Part shown: one piece after another, positions 18,754-29,296 of the stretch
How the letters are laid out: each line of letters begins with the position of its first letter
Numbering within the stretch: the stretch's first letter is position 1
Source of the DNA: Candidatus Latescibacterota bacterium
GTDB taxonomy: Bacteria; Latescibacterota; CBDEFO01
Direction of reading: 5' to 3'
NCBI GenBank assembly: GCA_965248755.1
Contig: OZ252149.1
Location: 224,001 to 288,000, forward strand
Length of the DNA: 64,000 nt
Notes under the pieces: generated by a model
Databases searched by the model: none
What the model saw: only the letters and a program-made list of their open reading frames with translations
What the model was told of the DNA's origin: nothing
Program-made: the position numbers and the translations under genes

Positions 18754-20905
18754 AAGATGGGTTCAGAGCTTCCTCAGTAGTAAGACAATAGGCATTTTCC
18801 TTATTGCCTTAGCAGCAAGGCTTTTCTACCTCAGTCAGATATCGGATAGTCCGCTTTTCGACTCCCCTGTGGTAGACTCATTAACTTATGTAGATCAAGC
18901 CAAGGATATAGTTGACGGAAACTGGCTCGGTGTCGAGAAGGGCCCTTTTTGGCAGCCGCCTTTTTATCCGTACTTTCTGGCTTTAGTAAGGTTGATCTTC
19001 AAAGACCAGTTCTTCTGGGCAGTTCGCCTGATACAGATTGTACTCGGTTCTTTGGGATGTGTGCTGATATTTTTGATTAGCAGACGATTTTTTAATACGT
19101 CTGTGGCTATCATCGCCTCGGTGTTGGGTGCTCTTTACGGCATCTTGATATATTTTGACGGTGAACTCCTGCCCGCATCCATCGCCCTCTTTTTGGATCT
19201 GCTTCTTATTCTGTCTCTTTTAGAGGCTTCTGAACGTCCACGCATCTGGAAGTGGCTCCTTTCGGGATTCATCTTCGGCTTATCGGCCATTACGGTTCCC
19301 AATGTTTTAGCACTTGCACCTTTTATCTTGCTCTGGATGTGGATAGCGTTCAGATCCAGGTCAAACGTTGATTCAGTTCTGTCCGCTGAAAGCGGGCCGA
19401 TAGAGACTGCAGAACCCAAACTCGAAAGAGGTGGCAGAACTTCACAATTTGCGGTATGGTGCGGCAGCTTCCTTCTGGGTGGGCTTCTGGTGATTTCAAC
19501 TGTTACACTGAGAAACTACCTTGTAGGCGGAGATTTTGTCATAATTTCCTACAACGCGGGGATAAATTTCTACATCGGTAACAACCCTGACTATGACCGA
19601 ACCGTCGGGATCAGACCGGGATGGGAGTGGGAGAACCTCTCCTTTGAACCTTTAGAGAAGGGCATAGATAAGCACTCCGAAAGTTCGAGATACTTCTTCT
19701 CCAAGGCGTGGGAATTTATCAGAGACCAGCCCTTAGAGTATTTCAAACTCCTTTGTAAGAAGCTCTTTTTATTCTGGAACGGGAACGAAATTGGTCGCAA
19801 TCAGGAAATCTATTTTTCCAGGGGGTATTCCTCTTTGATGTGGGCTTCCGTATGGAAGAGGATCATCGCGTTCCCCTTTGGAATTTTGTCTCCTCTTGCT
19901 CTTGTGGGTCTGATCATATCTCTTCCCCGTTGGCGTAAGCTCCTGCTGCTGTATATCTTTGTTACAGTCTACGCCGCTTCTGTGGTCCTTTTTCTGGTGA
20001 CGTCCAGGTATCGCCTTCCAGTGTTGCCCTTTTTGATGATCTTTGCAGCCTACACGATATGGTGGTGGTTCCAGAGCGCTAAAGGCGGTCGCTATCTGAC
20101 TCTGAGTCTTTCGGTTGTACCGTTTGTCCTTTTCACCCTGGCTACAAACACAAAGATCGGAAAGATGGACACCGCCGACAATGCTGAGGTTCATTATAAC
20201 GTCGGCACAATGTACATGAGCAAGAAAATGTATGCAAGCGCTATCGTGGAGTTTGAGAAGGTTGTCTCTCTTAAAGAGAATTACTGGGAGGCATGGCTGA
20301 ATCTCGGTTCAAGCTACGCTGCGGTGGGGATGTACGATGAATCTATAGCTACCAGAAGAAAAGTTGCGGAGGCCAGGCCGAGCTTGATGCTTGCCCGAAA
20401 GGACATGGTGAAAGGGTATATCAAAACCAGTCTTTCTTTAGCAAACACTTACACACAATTAGGTATGTACGACAGGGCGCAAGATGAGTGCGAAAGTGCC
20501 TTCAAAATAGACCCTGGTAATGTAGAGGTTCGTCTTATGTTAGCTTACATCCTTGATAAGAAGGGACTCTATGACGAAGCTGTGGAAGAATACATGAGAA
20601 TCATCGAGACTGGCGACGCTAACCTAGAGGCGCGAAATAACCTGGGCGTTGCTTATGCCAAGAAAGGGATGCTGGACGAAGCAATAGCTGAATTTACAAG
20701 ACTGTTAGCGATCGAACCCCCACATCTAGATGCCCGTTATAATCTCGCTACTGTCTATAAGGAGAAGGGGATGTACGAGGAGGCTATTACTCAATACGAA
20801 GAGATTCTCAAGATCGAGTCGGACTATTCCGACGTCCACCTCAAATTAGCGCTCCTTTATAAGGAGAAGAGCGTTGTCAAAGATGAGGACTCAGTCAAAA
20901 GATGA
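18734..20905 (+). CDS. GT-C fold glycosyltransferase (ArnT/PMT-like) with C-terminal TPRs
   Basis: Multiple TM helices; motifs VDSLTY, FWQPPFYPYFLA, GINFYIGNNP, SRYRLP; TPR tail. Start uncertain. Confidence 0.8.
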   Translation: MPVCKNKRWVQSFLSSKTIGIFLIALAARLFYLSQISDSPLFDSPVVDSLTYVDQAKDIVDGNWLGVEKGPFWQPPFYPYFLALVRLIFKDQFFWAVRLIQIVLGSLGCVLIFLISRRFFNTSVAIIASVLGALYGILIYFDGELLPASIALFLDLLLILSLLEASERPRIWKWLLSGFIFGLSAITVPNVLALAPFILLWMWIAFRSRSNVDSVLSAESGPIETAEPKLERGGRTSQFAVWCGSFLLGGLLVISTVTLRNYLVGGDFVIISYNAGINFYIGNNPDYDRTVGIRPGWEWENLSFEPLEKGIDKHSESSRYFFSKAWEFIRDQPLEYFKLLCKKLFLFWNGNEIGRNQEIYFSRGYSSLMWASVWKRIIAFPFGILSPLALVGLIISLPRWRKLLLLYIFVTVYAASVVLFLVTSRYRLPVLPFLMIFAAYTIWWWFQSAKGGRYLTLSLSVVPFVLFTLATNTKIGKMDTADNAEVHYNVGTMYMSKKMYASAIVEFEKVVSLKENYWEAWLNLGSSYAAVGMYDESIATRRKVAEARPSLMLARKDMVKGYIKTSLSLANTYTQLGMYDRAQDECESAFKIDPGNVEVRLMLAYILDKKGLYDEAVEEYMRIIETGDANLEARNNLGVAYAKKGMLDEAIAEFTRLLAIEPPHLDARYNLATVYKEKGMYEEAITQYEEILKIESDYSDVHLKLALLYKEKSVVKDEDSVKR

Positions 20906-21520
20906 GAGCTGTCACTGCGCCCTTAAGGTCGAAATAGAAAATGGGTTAGCTCGTTTTCAACAGTCCGTAACAGGAAGTATGTCTCGCGTGTGGCATCATC
21001 GTCGGGCAGACCTGCAGGAGCTCTCCTTGCCAAAGAGGTGAACACACCCGGGCCTTGGGCGTGTATCTCTGGAACGTAAAAATCTGCACGCTGAATTCTC
21101 CTTGCCTGGAGCAGCGAACGTCGAAACTCCTCCCAACATAAGGGGTGAGGCGAACGACTGGTTGATCGAGACAAAGATCAAACTTTTCGGGCTCGCCCGA
21201 ATCAAAAAACCGCGAGCATTATTGATTGCTCTGCAGGCGAGAATGCGGCGGGTTACAACGTACTTGACTCACACCAATTCCCTCTAGTAAACAGGTGATA
21301 AAGGTGTATCCGTTCCACCATGACGACTGCAACCAGCAACAAATCGAGTTCATCAACGGTATTTCGGACAAGTTTAACATGGGTAGAGACTTTTGTCGCA
21401 ACGAAAGGTAGGCCTTGTTCTCAGGTAACTGGGAACTCCCTGAGGGACACCTCAGTTCATATCCGATCCAACCCATGACGCAATGAGACACGTGTATTGC
21501 CTAACCAGAAAGGACAAGCC

Positions 21521-22342
21521 ATGCACTTTACGGAGAAACAAATCGAGTTCTATCGAATCAACGGTTACTTGGCCGGGCCTCGGGTAATATCAGACGAGGA
21601 GATCAGCACACTTAAGGAGCGTATCGACCTTATCCTTGAGGGTCGCGTCGCGTTTCCCAGCCACCTGATGGGAGAAACGGTAGATAAGTCTAAACAAAAG
21701 GGGCAATTGCCGTCAGTAAAACTTGTCAATTTGTTTCGCCACGATCCTGTCTTCGCCAATGTTTGGAATAACAAAGCGATCAGTTCACTCTCCCACGATC
21801 TGATGGTCGAGCCCGTACGGGTGTGGGAGGACCAGATGATCTACAAGCCACCCTTCGACCGCAAGGCCGCGCTCGCATGGCATCAGGATTACACTTACTG
21901 GGACAACGTTGGACCCGCCGAATTAGGAACCTGCTGGATCGCCCTGGACGATGCAACAGTTGAGAACGGTTGTATGTACGTTATCCCCAAAAGCCATCGC
22001 TGGGAACTCAGTTACACGCGTGACGAAGTCGACGTCGGTGATCCAGAGTGGTTGCTCAAACGACCAGGGATTCCCCCCGAGGCGGACCCCACACCCGTGC
22101 CATGCGAGGTCCCGGCCGGCCATTGCCACTTCCACCACTGTCTGACCTTCCACGGCTCATATGGCAACAAGACGGATAACGCGCGCCGCAGCTACATCCT
22201 GCACCTGATGCCGGGAAACACGCGCAGGCTCGGCGATAACTGGAACCCTCGAATGGAGAGTGTCGAAGACGTCCCGATCGGCGCAATCGTCAAAGGCCCC
22301 AACTACCCTGAATTACCCACGCCACTGGAGGATCAGGGTTAA
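21521..22342 (+). CDS. Phytanoyl-CoA dioxygenase (PhyH) family protein
   Basis: WHQD...WIALDDATVENGC..VIP.SH...HGS 2OG-Fe(II) motifs. Confidence 0.9.
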   Translation: MHFTEKQIEFYRINGYLAGPRVISDEEISTLKERIDLILEGRVAFPSHLMGETVDKSKQKGQLPSVKLVNLFRHDPVFANVWNNKAISSLSHDLMVEPVRVWEDQMIYKPPFDRKAALAWHQDYTYWDNVGPAELGTCWIALDDATVENGCMYVIPKSHRWELSYTRDEVDVGDPEWLLKRPGIPPEADPTPVPCEVPAGHCHFHHCLTFHGSYGNKTDNARRSYILHLMPGNTRRLGDNWNPRMESVEDVPIGAIVKGPNYPELPTPLEDQG

Positions 22343-22998
22343 GCCCCAAGGCGATATTCCATGGCGTTTGGTCCTGGAATTAAGATGAAAAGGAGAAGTT
22401 TCCGGACAGGGCGCCTGCCTTGTAAAGCCTTTCACGAGAAGATATCTCTACGATATACCCACAGGCTCGTTCAAGCCGTTGGTCCAGGCCAGGAACAGTT
22501 TAATTGTCCCGTATATTGCCTTTGATTTCAGGCCAGATTACTGCTAACCTGAGTCTCCAAAAAGTATCCAAGAACTCTTCGAAGGAAGAGGAATTTCCTG
22601 ATTGCCAGAAGCAATGCTTTCGTGTATCATAGAGTGTATCTTCGCCCCTGCGGATACATGTGTCATATCAACAAAAGCTTCCAGGACCACGCTATCAGCC
22701 AAAACCTTGCCCTTTGTGGGACCCGAAGTATCTTGACCATTGCAATCCTATCCGAGGACACTATTTCAACCATAAGATCGAACCTTCAGGGGTCTCAAAA
22801 GATATAGACAAAGGCTATCGTCGATTTTTCAATTTCGCATATCATATCGTACGAATATCCGATTTCTGTTCACATTTCGGACTGGTGCTCCTCAGTATAT
22901 CAGACAGGAAACGCCCGCACTCATTCGAGGCAAGTGGAACTAGCTCAAATTCCTTGGCCCCATACTTTAGTCCTCTGAAGCACCTGATCACTTGTTTC

Positions 22999-23898
22999 TT
23001 ATTCGGACAAGGTTGACTTGACGCGACCGAGCGTGTCACACTCCACTGCTGTCCCGGCGGGCACCCAGATACTCGGATCAAAGGCGGCCAGGATATAGTC
23101 GACGAAGTTGTCGGCATGTCTGTCCAATCTTGTGGCCCCGCTGTTCGTCCAGAAACCGTTGTAGCCATCAACTTCGCTCTTATCAGTGTCTATAACGGCA
23201 AAGCCTACTCCGATGATAGCGCCCTCCTCATAGGTATGTATTATGCTATCATCAACACTTCTAAAATCTATATCATCAAATCCCATGAAGTATGTCTCAA
23301 CATTCAATGTGCCCGGTCCGCCCATTTCACCCTCAAAGGTCCAGCTTATGTGGGCATAAGGAGGTAAGCCCGGCCACGAGGCCGCTCCCCAAAACCAGAT
23401 GGGATCCTTTCTCTTCAGAAAATAGTGGTAATTCTGAGCCTGAGATGAGTTGTTCCTGTCCGGGTCCAGATCGAGATCTTGCATGACCTGGTACTGTCCT
23501 CCGCTGTGGTCAGCATCGATGACCCACTCGAGCATCTCGTAAATGGTTTCTGATGTAAAGTAAAGAGAAACATCGTCGTACCTATCCTCCATCGTGTATA
23601 TCAGGTTGGTCACCGGACTCCATCCTACGATTATCCTTTCGGCAAGGCTGGAGGAGTCCGGATCCCCGAGGCCCCGCACGGTCTCTATCAGATCGTTATG
23701 CGTCACCCAGAGCGAATCAGGAACGTTAGCCCACTCGCTGAGGTCACCGTCTATCTTAATGTTCTGGAACTCACTGGTATTGATAGGTACCTGGACAGCT
23801 ACGAAGGTCCTATCCATCCGCAGATGCGGAAAACCCGTCCCGACTGTAAAAAGCACAAATCCCAGAATGGTAGATACCGAAAATATGTTTTTCATCAT
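22999..23898 (-). CDS. Secreted CBM9/DOMON-like protein, paralog of 11237-12106
   Basis: Shares HLR.D..F, IDGDLSEW, GWS.VTN.IY..E.R.D and DADHSGG; C-terminus TAVECDTLGRVKST. Confidence 0.75.
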   Translation of the reverse strand: MMKNIFSVSTILGFVLFTVGTGFPHLRMDRTFVAVQVPINTSEFQNIKIDGDLSEWANVPDSLWVTHNDLIETVRGLGDPDSSSLAERIIVGWSPVTNLIYTMEDRYDDVSLYFTSETIYEMLEWVIDADHSGGQYQVMQDLDLDPDRNNSSQAQNYHYFLKRKDPIWFWGAASWPGLPPYAHISWTFEGEMGGPGTLNVETYFMGFDDIDFRSVDDSIIHTYEEGAIIGVGFAVIDTDKSEVDGYNGFWTNSGATRLDRHADNFVDYILAAFDPSIWVPAGTAVECDTLGRVKSTLSE

Positions 23899-24177
23899 AA
23901 TTCCTTCTCGTATAATTTGTTTTGCTGACTTTTCTATGTTGTTATTTACTTTTAAGAGAGATCTCGTATCATACCTTATGGAAGGGCATAGAAGGAAGAA
24001 TCTAGCACCTCCTGGTGTCCCAACTAATTGGAGCTTCTGTGCAAAGTATGTTTTCCTTAAGGTTAGACCCACAGGATTCTGAGGAACAAGGGGTACCTAA
24101 ATGGACTCAACCATGGCCGCTAGCACCTTCAAGAAGAGAAGACTCCTTCGAACTGTACCTGTAAGGATCGTCTTAAT

Positions 24178-24201
24178 CCCCCCGATTGAATCTATTGGGG
24201 G
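24178..24201. repeat. Short palindromic element
   Basis: CCCCCCGATTGAATCTATTGGGGG, just downstream of the larA-like stop. Confidence 0.9.
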
Positions 24202-24222
24202 TTAGCTTTCCTTTCTAACCTC

Positions 24223-25467
24223 TTATATCTCATGCTGTCTTTCCTGCAATTCCTTTCTGAACGTCATAACCTTCTTTTCTACCTTATCGGGAATCTGAAT
24301 AGCAGCATAAGGATACACAGCCACATCCACTTCGCTATTCCCATATCTTTCGTACAGATCGTCCAGCAACTTATGCCACGAACTATAAAAAGCGCACTCT
24401 GGATAGACCCTGAACGCCTCGGCTGGACCTATTATCGGCGAATAGAGGATAAACTCCGCCTCATCTATATGTTTGCCCACCTTCGTAGTCGCAACTCCGG
24501 GTCTTAACAGACTGTGATAGCCGACTCCGTCTGGACATCCACCGATCAATATCCTGGTCCCGCCCTCCTTGGCATAGTGGATGGGCCAACTTCCCTTGGC
24601 TACAAATATCAGTTGATAATCCATCGGGTAAGTATTCGCGATTACAATGTCGGCATCCTCTGGAAGGGGCACGGCGCACGCACGACTTGCAAACTTCACG
24701 CCCTCCCTGTGAGCCTTGATGAAATCCCCCACAAAGAGGCCTATTATCTCCTTCCTCTTGTTCAAAACCACATTGGCGATTGCATCTAATCCCACTCTTC
24801 CTGCGGCCTCCTCCATATCCATCCTCCACTCATTCTCCAGATCCCCGGCAAGACCTCCCGCCTTCAGGTTCATATGATTATGTCCACAGCTATCCCTCCC
24901 CGCGATCCCTGCCAGTACGATCTTAGCCCCTCCTCCCCAGGCTGACCCTCCATGCGGATATATCCCTCCAAGGCCGATCTTCAGATCGCACTCCATCGCA
25001 TACTTATTAACATAGAGCGGAGTTCCTCTCGAAAGTTTTCCCAAAAACTCTAAATCGTTCAGAGCGTCGTGACATATCGCCTCGATCCTCCCCATGATTC
25101 CCGCACCCAGCTTCTTTTCCATCTCCGACCGCGTCATATGTCTGTGACATCCGTAAGCCATTATGATAAGGATGTTACCTTCATCGATCCCTCCCTCCTT
25201 CAACTCCTCCAGGATATAGGGAAGCACCTTATAAGATGGAGTAGGGCGGCTCAGATCGTCCGTCAAGATGCAGACTTTCTTCTTTCCTTTTGCAAGTTCC
25301 CTTATAGGCAAAGTTCCGATAGACTTCTCAAACCTTTCCCTTAACTGATCATCTGTCAATACCGGACATTCCTTAGACTCCAGCACCTTGACACTCCAAT
25401 TCGACGGCATCTCCAGGTCCATGTCCCTGTCCTCCCACGAACACATAGGAAGAGTTATTCTATCCAT
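24223..25467 (-). CDS. Lactate racemase (LarA, DUF2088) domain protein
   Basis: DDLSRPTP, AYGCHR, IYPH..AWGGGAK..L.G motifs. Confidence 0.8.
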   Translation of the reverse strand: MDRITLPMCSWEDRDMDLEMPSNWSVKVLESKECPVLTDDQLRERFEKSIGTLPIRELAKGKKKVCILTDDLSRPTPSYKVLPYILEELKEGGIDEGNILIIMAYGCHRHMTRSEMEKKLGAGIMGRIEAICHDALNDLEFLGKLSRGTPLYVNKYAMECDLKIGLGGIYPHGGSAWGGGAKIVLAGIAGRDSCGHNHMNLKAGGLAGDLENEWRMDMEEAAGRVGLDAIANVVLNKRKEIIGLFVGDFIKAHREGVKFASRACAVPLPEDADIVIANTYPMDYQLIFVAKGSWPIHYAKEGGTRILIGGCPDGVGYHSLLRPGVATTKVGKHIDEAEFILYSPIIGPAEAFRVYPECAFYSSWHKLLDDLYERYGNSEVDVAVYPYAAIQIPDKVEKKVMTFRKELQERQHEI

Positions 25468-25622
25468 GAGCTTATATCCCCATTATGTTAAGAGATTAGA
25501 CCTACTCCTTTCTCACATCTGACCACTGACCTCTACAGCGTCGGCTCCTTAAAGACCTACTGTTTAAATGAAGTTGACAACGTGCAGGAATAGGGAGAGG
25601 CAAAGGAAGATTACTTCGCTGA

Positions 25623-25757
25623 CCGCTTTGCTTCGTTCTGGGCCAAAGGTTCTGGGCTTAGGCTGGCAAGGACATTGCCTGTCTTGGCCTCCACTAATTG
25701 GGAGGTGCCAAACCGGACCCCGTCAGGAATTGCGACCCCGGGGGAGACGCGAAGCGG
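25623..25757 (+). ncRNA. Candidate structured small RNA (unassigned)
   Basis: Long closing stem CCGCTTTGC...GCGAAGCGG with G-U pairs favouring the + strand; inner hairpins GGCAA/TTGCC and TTGGCCTCC/GGAGGTGCCAA. Confidence 0.3.
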
Positions 25758-25764
25758 AACCAAT

Positions 25765-25785
25765 CCCCGATTGAATCTATCGGGG
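25765..25785. repeat. Short palindromic element (21-bp form)
   Basis: CCCCGATTGAATCTATCGGGG. Confidence 0.95.
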
Positions 25786-25835
25786 CCAAGGGATGAGAAA
25801 CTGCGTCCCGTCCACTGTGCAGTGAATACTATCTA

Positions 25836-26228
25836 CTATTCCGGAAGAGGCGTTCTTCTCCACACTATCTGAAGTCTGTTACCCTCAGGGTCGTTTCCAA
25901 AGGAGACCTTTACATCTCCATCAAAAAGCGTCAACGCGTCCTCCATCTCGACTCCCTCGGACTTCAATCTCTCAATCTCCCGGTCAAAATCGTCCACCCA
26001 GAAAGACAAATGTCTGACATTCTTATCGACCAAATCGGGGATTCTGTAATCCCCTAGGCCCGCAGGTATGATCTCAACCGCACTTCCCTTTTCACCTTTG
26101 ACGAAATAGATGGGGTTTTCTCCCCCTCCCTCGTACACAACTCTCAACCCGAAACGGTCACAGTACCACTCGGTCAGAGCCTTCGTATCCTTTGCAGGAA
26201 TAGCCGTGTGTTCAAGATACGTCCCCAT
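25836..26228 (-). CDS. VOC / glyoxalase family protein
   Basis: LEHTAI, RHLSFWVDD, DPEGNRLQI motifs. Confidence 0.85.
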   Translation of the reverse strand: MGTYLEHTAIPAKDTKALTEWYCDRFGLRVVYEGGGENPIYFVKGEKGSAVEIIPAGLGDYRIPDLVDKNVRHLSFWVDDFDREIERLKSEGVEMEDALTLFDGDVKVSFGNDPEGNRLQIVWRRTPLPE

Positions 26229-26258
26229 GGAATCCTCCTTTAGGTTTTCGACTACAGA

Positions 26259-27179
26259 TTATGGAGCCACACCTTCTTCATCCACAATCCGTATTTCCAA
26301 TTCCAACCTGACGCCACAAAGGTCCATTACCTTCTCTCTTACTATGTCTATCAGCGTCAACACGTTATCTGAAGTTGCACTGCCCTGGTTGATAATAAAA
26401 TTTCCGTGCACATCCGACACACAGGCATCGCCCACTCTCAAGCCTTTACAGCCCGCCTTATCTATTAACATCCCTGCGGATTTTTCGCCATAGTTCTTGA
26501 ATATACACCCCGCGCTCCTGTCCGAAAGGGGCTGAGATCTCTTCCTGTAATCCAGCATCTCGTCCATCCTCTCCCTTATCTGCTCAGTGTCCCCTCTATC
26601 CAACTTGAACGTCGCCCCTGTTATCACTATGTCTATTGGAAAATCTGCGCTCCTGTATTCAAACCTTATGTCCTCCTTCTTCAACACAGTAGACTCTAGA
26701 GAGTTCATATCTATTCCCACAACCTCGATCAACCTGTCAGAAATGCTCTTGTCAAACGCCCCGGCGTTCCCCCTTACAGCTCCTCCCACAGTCCCTGGAA
26801 TATCCCACACAAACTCCAGCCCTGACAGTCCTGCATCAGCGCATTTTCCCGCAAATCGGGACAGATTGCCTCCCGCTCCAGCTTTAGCCATGGATTCGTC
26901 AAAGGACACATCGGGGGCAGATCTTCTCATGTTAATAATCAGACCTCTAAACCCGCTCTCTGCAAATAGCAGATTCGTTCCACCTCCTAAGGTCATAACC
27001 CGAACCCCTTCATCCCTTGCAAGGGTCAAGGCCCCCACAATATCCTCCACGCGGGCCGGATAGAGCATAAAGTCCGCGGGTCCACCGATCCGCAAAGACG
27101 TATGACTCGAAAGCATCTCATCCCTACGTACCTCCCCTCTGTACCTTTCCCGTAATTCTCTTCCGACATCAATTGTCAT
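26259..27179 (-). CDS. murB: UDP-N-acetylenolpyruvoylglucosamine reductase
   Basis: HTSLRIGGPAD, LGGGTNLL, IPGTVGGAVRGNAGA, SAGCIFKN, HGNFIIN motifs. Confidence 0.95.
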   Translation of the reverse strand: MTIDVGRELRERYRGEVRRDEMLSSHTSLRIGGPADFMLYPARVEDIVGALTLARDEGVRVMTLGGGTNLLFAESGFRGLIINMRRSAPDVSFDESMAKAGAGGNLSRFAGKCADAGLSGLEFVWDIPGTVGGAVRGNAGAFDKSISDRLIEVVGIDMNSLESTVLKKEDIRFEYRSADFPIDIVITGATFKLDRGDTEQIRERMDEMLDYRKRSQPLSDRSAGCIFKNYGEKSAGMLIDKAGCKGLRVGDACVSDVHGNFIINQGSATSDNVLTLIDIVREKVMDLCGVRLELEIRIVDEEGVAP

Positions 27180-27227
27180 CTTCTACATATCACCAAATGT
27201 AGGGGTGGGATAACAGCACCCTCTCTG

Positions 27228-28202
27228 TTACTCTACATATTCAATTTCTCCTGCTAAAAAGTGCTGCTGCAATCCCTTATCCCCTTCCACAATCAGCGCG
27301 CCGTCCACGTCCACGGCGACAGCTACGCCTTCTATAATCCTATCACCTTCACTTATTCTGATTCTCCTGCTCAAAGTATCTGAGAACCCTCTCCATCTTT
27401 CCAAAATCCTCTCGCCATACTCTAAATCATGGCATTCCCTTTCCATCTCCGTCAATATCCTCCCAGCTAATTCCGCCCTTTTGTATGACCGGCCCGATTC
27501 AATAAAAAGTGAGGTGGCTTTACCCTTGAGATAATCCGGGAAATCATCTGTTTTATGATTCACGTTGAGACCTATTCCAACCACAGCGAAATCGAGCCTT
27601 TCGCCGTCCAGCCTAGTCTCCGTCAAGATCCCTGCTACCTTTCTGCCATTTGTTAAAACGTCATTTGGCCACTTCAACTTAGCAGAAAGCCCTGAAATTT
27701 CTCGCACCGCACATGCTACGGCGATGCCTGATAGCATCGTAATTCTCATAATCTTTGCCGCCTTAATCTTCGGCCTTAAAATCAACGACATCCATATTCC
27801 CAAGTTGCTGGGCGAATGCCATTCTCTTCCGAGACGCCCTCTTCCTGCGGCCTGCCGTTCCGCCACTACTAACGTCCCTTCCTCTGCACCCTCTCTTCCT
27901 AATCTCAAAGCCACATCATTTGTAGAGCCAATCTCATTATACGAATAGATCGTCCTACCTAATCTATTAGTAGACAGACTATTAGCTATCTCAACGTTAG
28001 ATAAAATATCAGGTGCAGAAAGGAGTCTGTATCCTAAAATTGGGTGTATCTCAATATTATATCCCGCGCAAAGGAGACGACCTATTTCCTCCTGCACATC
28101 CACGGTCTTTGCCTTAATTTCCGCGGACAACTCGCCACCGGATAGATGCTCCCCCCTCCTTTCACGCAGAACCTGAAGTATGTCCCTGCTTATGCTATCC
28201 AC
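27228..28202 (-). CDS. birA: Bifunctional biotin ligase/repressor
   Basis: N-terminal HTH; STND, QAAGRGRLGREW and KWPND motifs. Confidence 0.95.
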   Translation of the reverse strand: MDSISRDILQVLRERRGEHLSGGELSAEIKAKTVDVQEEIGRLLCAGYNIEIHPILGYRLLSAPDILSNVEIANSLSTNRLGRTIYSYNEIGSTNDVALRLGREGAEEGTLVVAERQAAGRGRLGREWHSPSNLGIWMSLILRPKIKAAKIMRITMLSGIAVACAVREISGLSAKLKWPNDVLTNGRKVAGILTETRLDGERLDFAVVGIGLNVNHKTDDFPDYLKGKATSLFIESGRSYKRAELAGRILTEMERECHDLEYGERILERWRGFSDTLSRRIRISEGDRIIEGVAVAVDVDGALIVEGDKGLQQHFLAGEIEYVE

Positions 28203-28384
28203 TGCACTCCCTGCAATTTACACAAGTAGACGATAAAAGGGGAACCTTCCCCCTTCGTCTACTGTCTAAGAGATTTCCTTAGTCGGGCTGCAACGACGGT
28301 TCATTTGTCCCGTTCAGTTTCTTGGCTTTGCCCCTCAGTCATCCGACAGGCGAACCTCCCGATGCAATCTCACCTGTCTCTTGA

Positions 28385-29278
28385 CTAGTATCTGCTACTA
28401 TTGAACTGAAGACTCATGTCCAGCGCACTTACAGAATGTGTCAGAGCCCCAACAGATATAAAATCGACTCCCACAGAAGCCATCTTTCTCACGTTCTCCA
28501 CGGTCACATCCCCCGAAGCCTCGATCTGCACCTTTCCCTTCGACCTCTGGCGCCATTCGTTTACAATCCTGACGGCCTCTTTTGTCTCAACTATTCCCAT
28601 ATTATCCAACATAACCCTGTCGGGGCACGCAGAAAGCGCCTCTCTAAGCTGGGCGATATTCTTAACTTCAACCTCCACCTTCAAATCCTTACCCCGATCC
28701 CTCATATGCCTCCTTGCTCCATCCACAGCCGCCGCTATTCCACCGGCTGCCTCAATATGATTATCCTTGATCAGAATCATATCGTACAGCCCAAGCCTGT
28801 GGTTACTCCCTCCGCCCACACGGACAGAGTATTTATCCAGGACCCTCAACCCCGGTGCAGTCTTTCTCGTATCGAGTATCACAGCCCCTGTTCCTTTAAC
28901 TGCATCCACATATCTTTTTGTTGCAGAAGCAATTCCAGACATCCTTTGAATGAAATTCAGAGCCGTTCTCTCCCCTGTCAGAATCCCCCTTGCACTACCT
29001 TTCACATCAGCGACAACATCCCCTGTGCTAATAAGATCTCCATCTTCAAAGTAGTCTATGAAATCTATCTCCTCATCTATCCTCAAGAAAACTAACCGGG
29101 CTACATTCATCCCGGCTAGGACACCTTCTTCCTTTGAAACAATACGGCATTCAAATTTAGCATCCTCTGCAACACACCAAAGGGTTGTGAAGTCCCCTGA
29201 ACCTACATCCTCCTCCAACGCCGATTCCACTATCCTTTCGGCATACTCCCAATCGAACCCCTGAATATCCCTGCTCAA
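28385..29278 (-). CDS. nadC: Nicotinate-nucleotide diphosphorylase (carboxylating)
   Basis: ERTALN, DTRKTAPGLR, HRLGLYD..LIKDNH and ISVGALTHS motifs. Confidence 0.97.
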   Translation of the reverse strand: MSRDIQGFDWEYAERIVESALEEDVGSGDFTTLWCVAEDAKFECRIVSKEEGVLAGMNVARLVFLRIDEEIDFIDYFEDGDLISTGDVVADVKGSARGILTGERTALNFIQRMSGIASATKRYVDAVKGTGAVILDTRKTAPGLRVLDKYSVRVGGGSNHRLGLYDMILIKDNHIEAAGGIAAAVDGARRHMRDRGKDLKVEVEVKNIAQLREALSACPDRVMLDNMGIVETKEAVRIVNEWRQRSKGKVQIEASGDVTVENVRKMASVGVDFISVGALTHSVSALDMSLQFNSSRY

Positions 29279-29296
29279 GGTGAATGCTCCTTTTAG

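Noticed and set aside
20930..21490. Possible AraC-like regulator relic divergent from phyH
   Set aside because: Similarity too weak to support by eye.
26036..26056. GGGGATT/AATCCCC hairpin in the VOC gene as another element copy
   Set aside because: Arm order (G-run first) and loop do not match the consensus.
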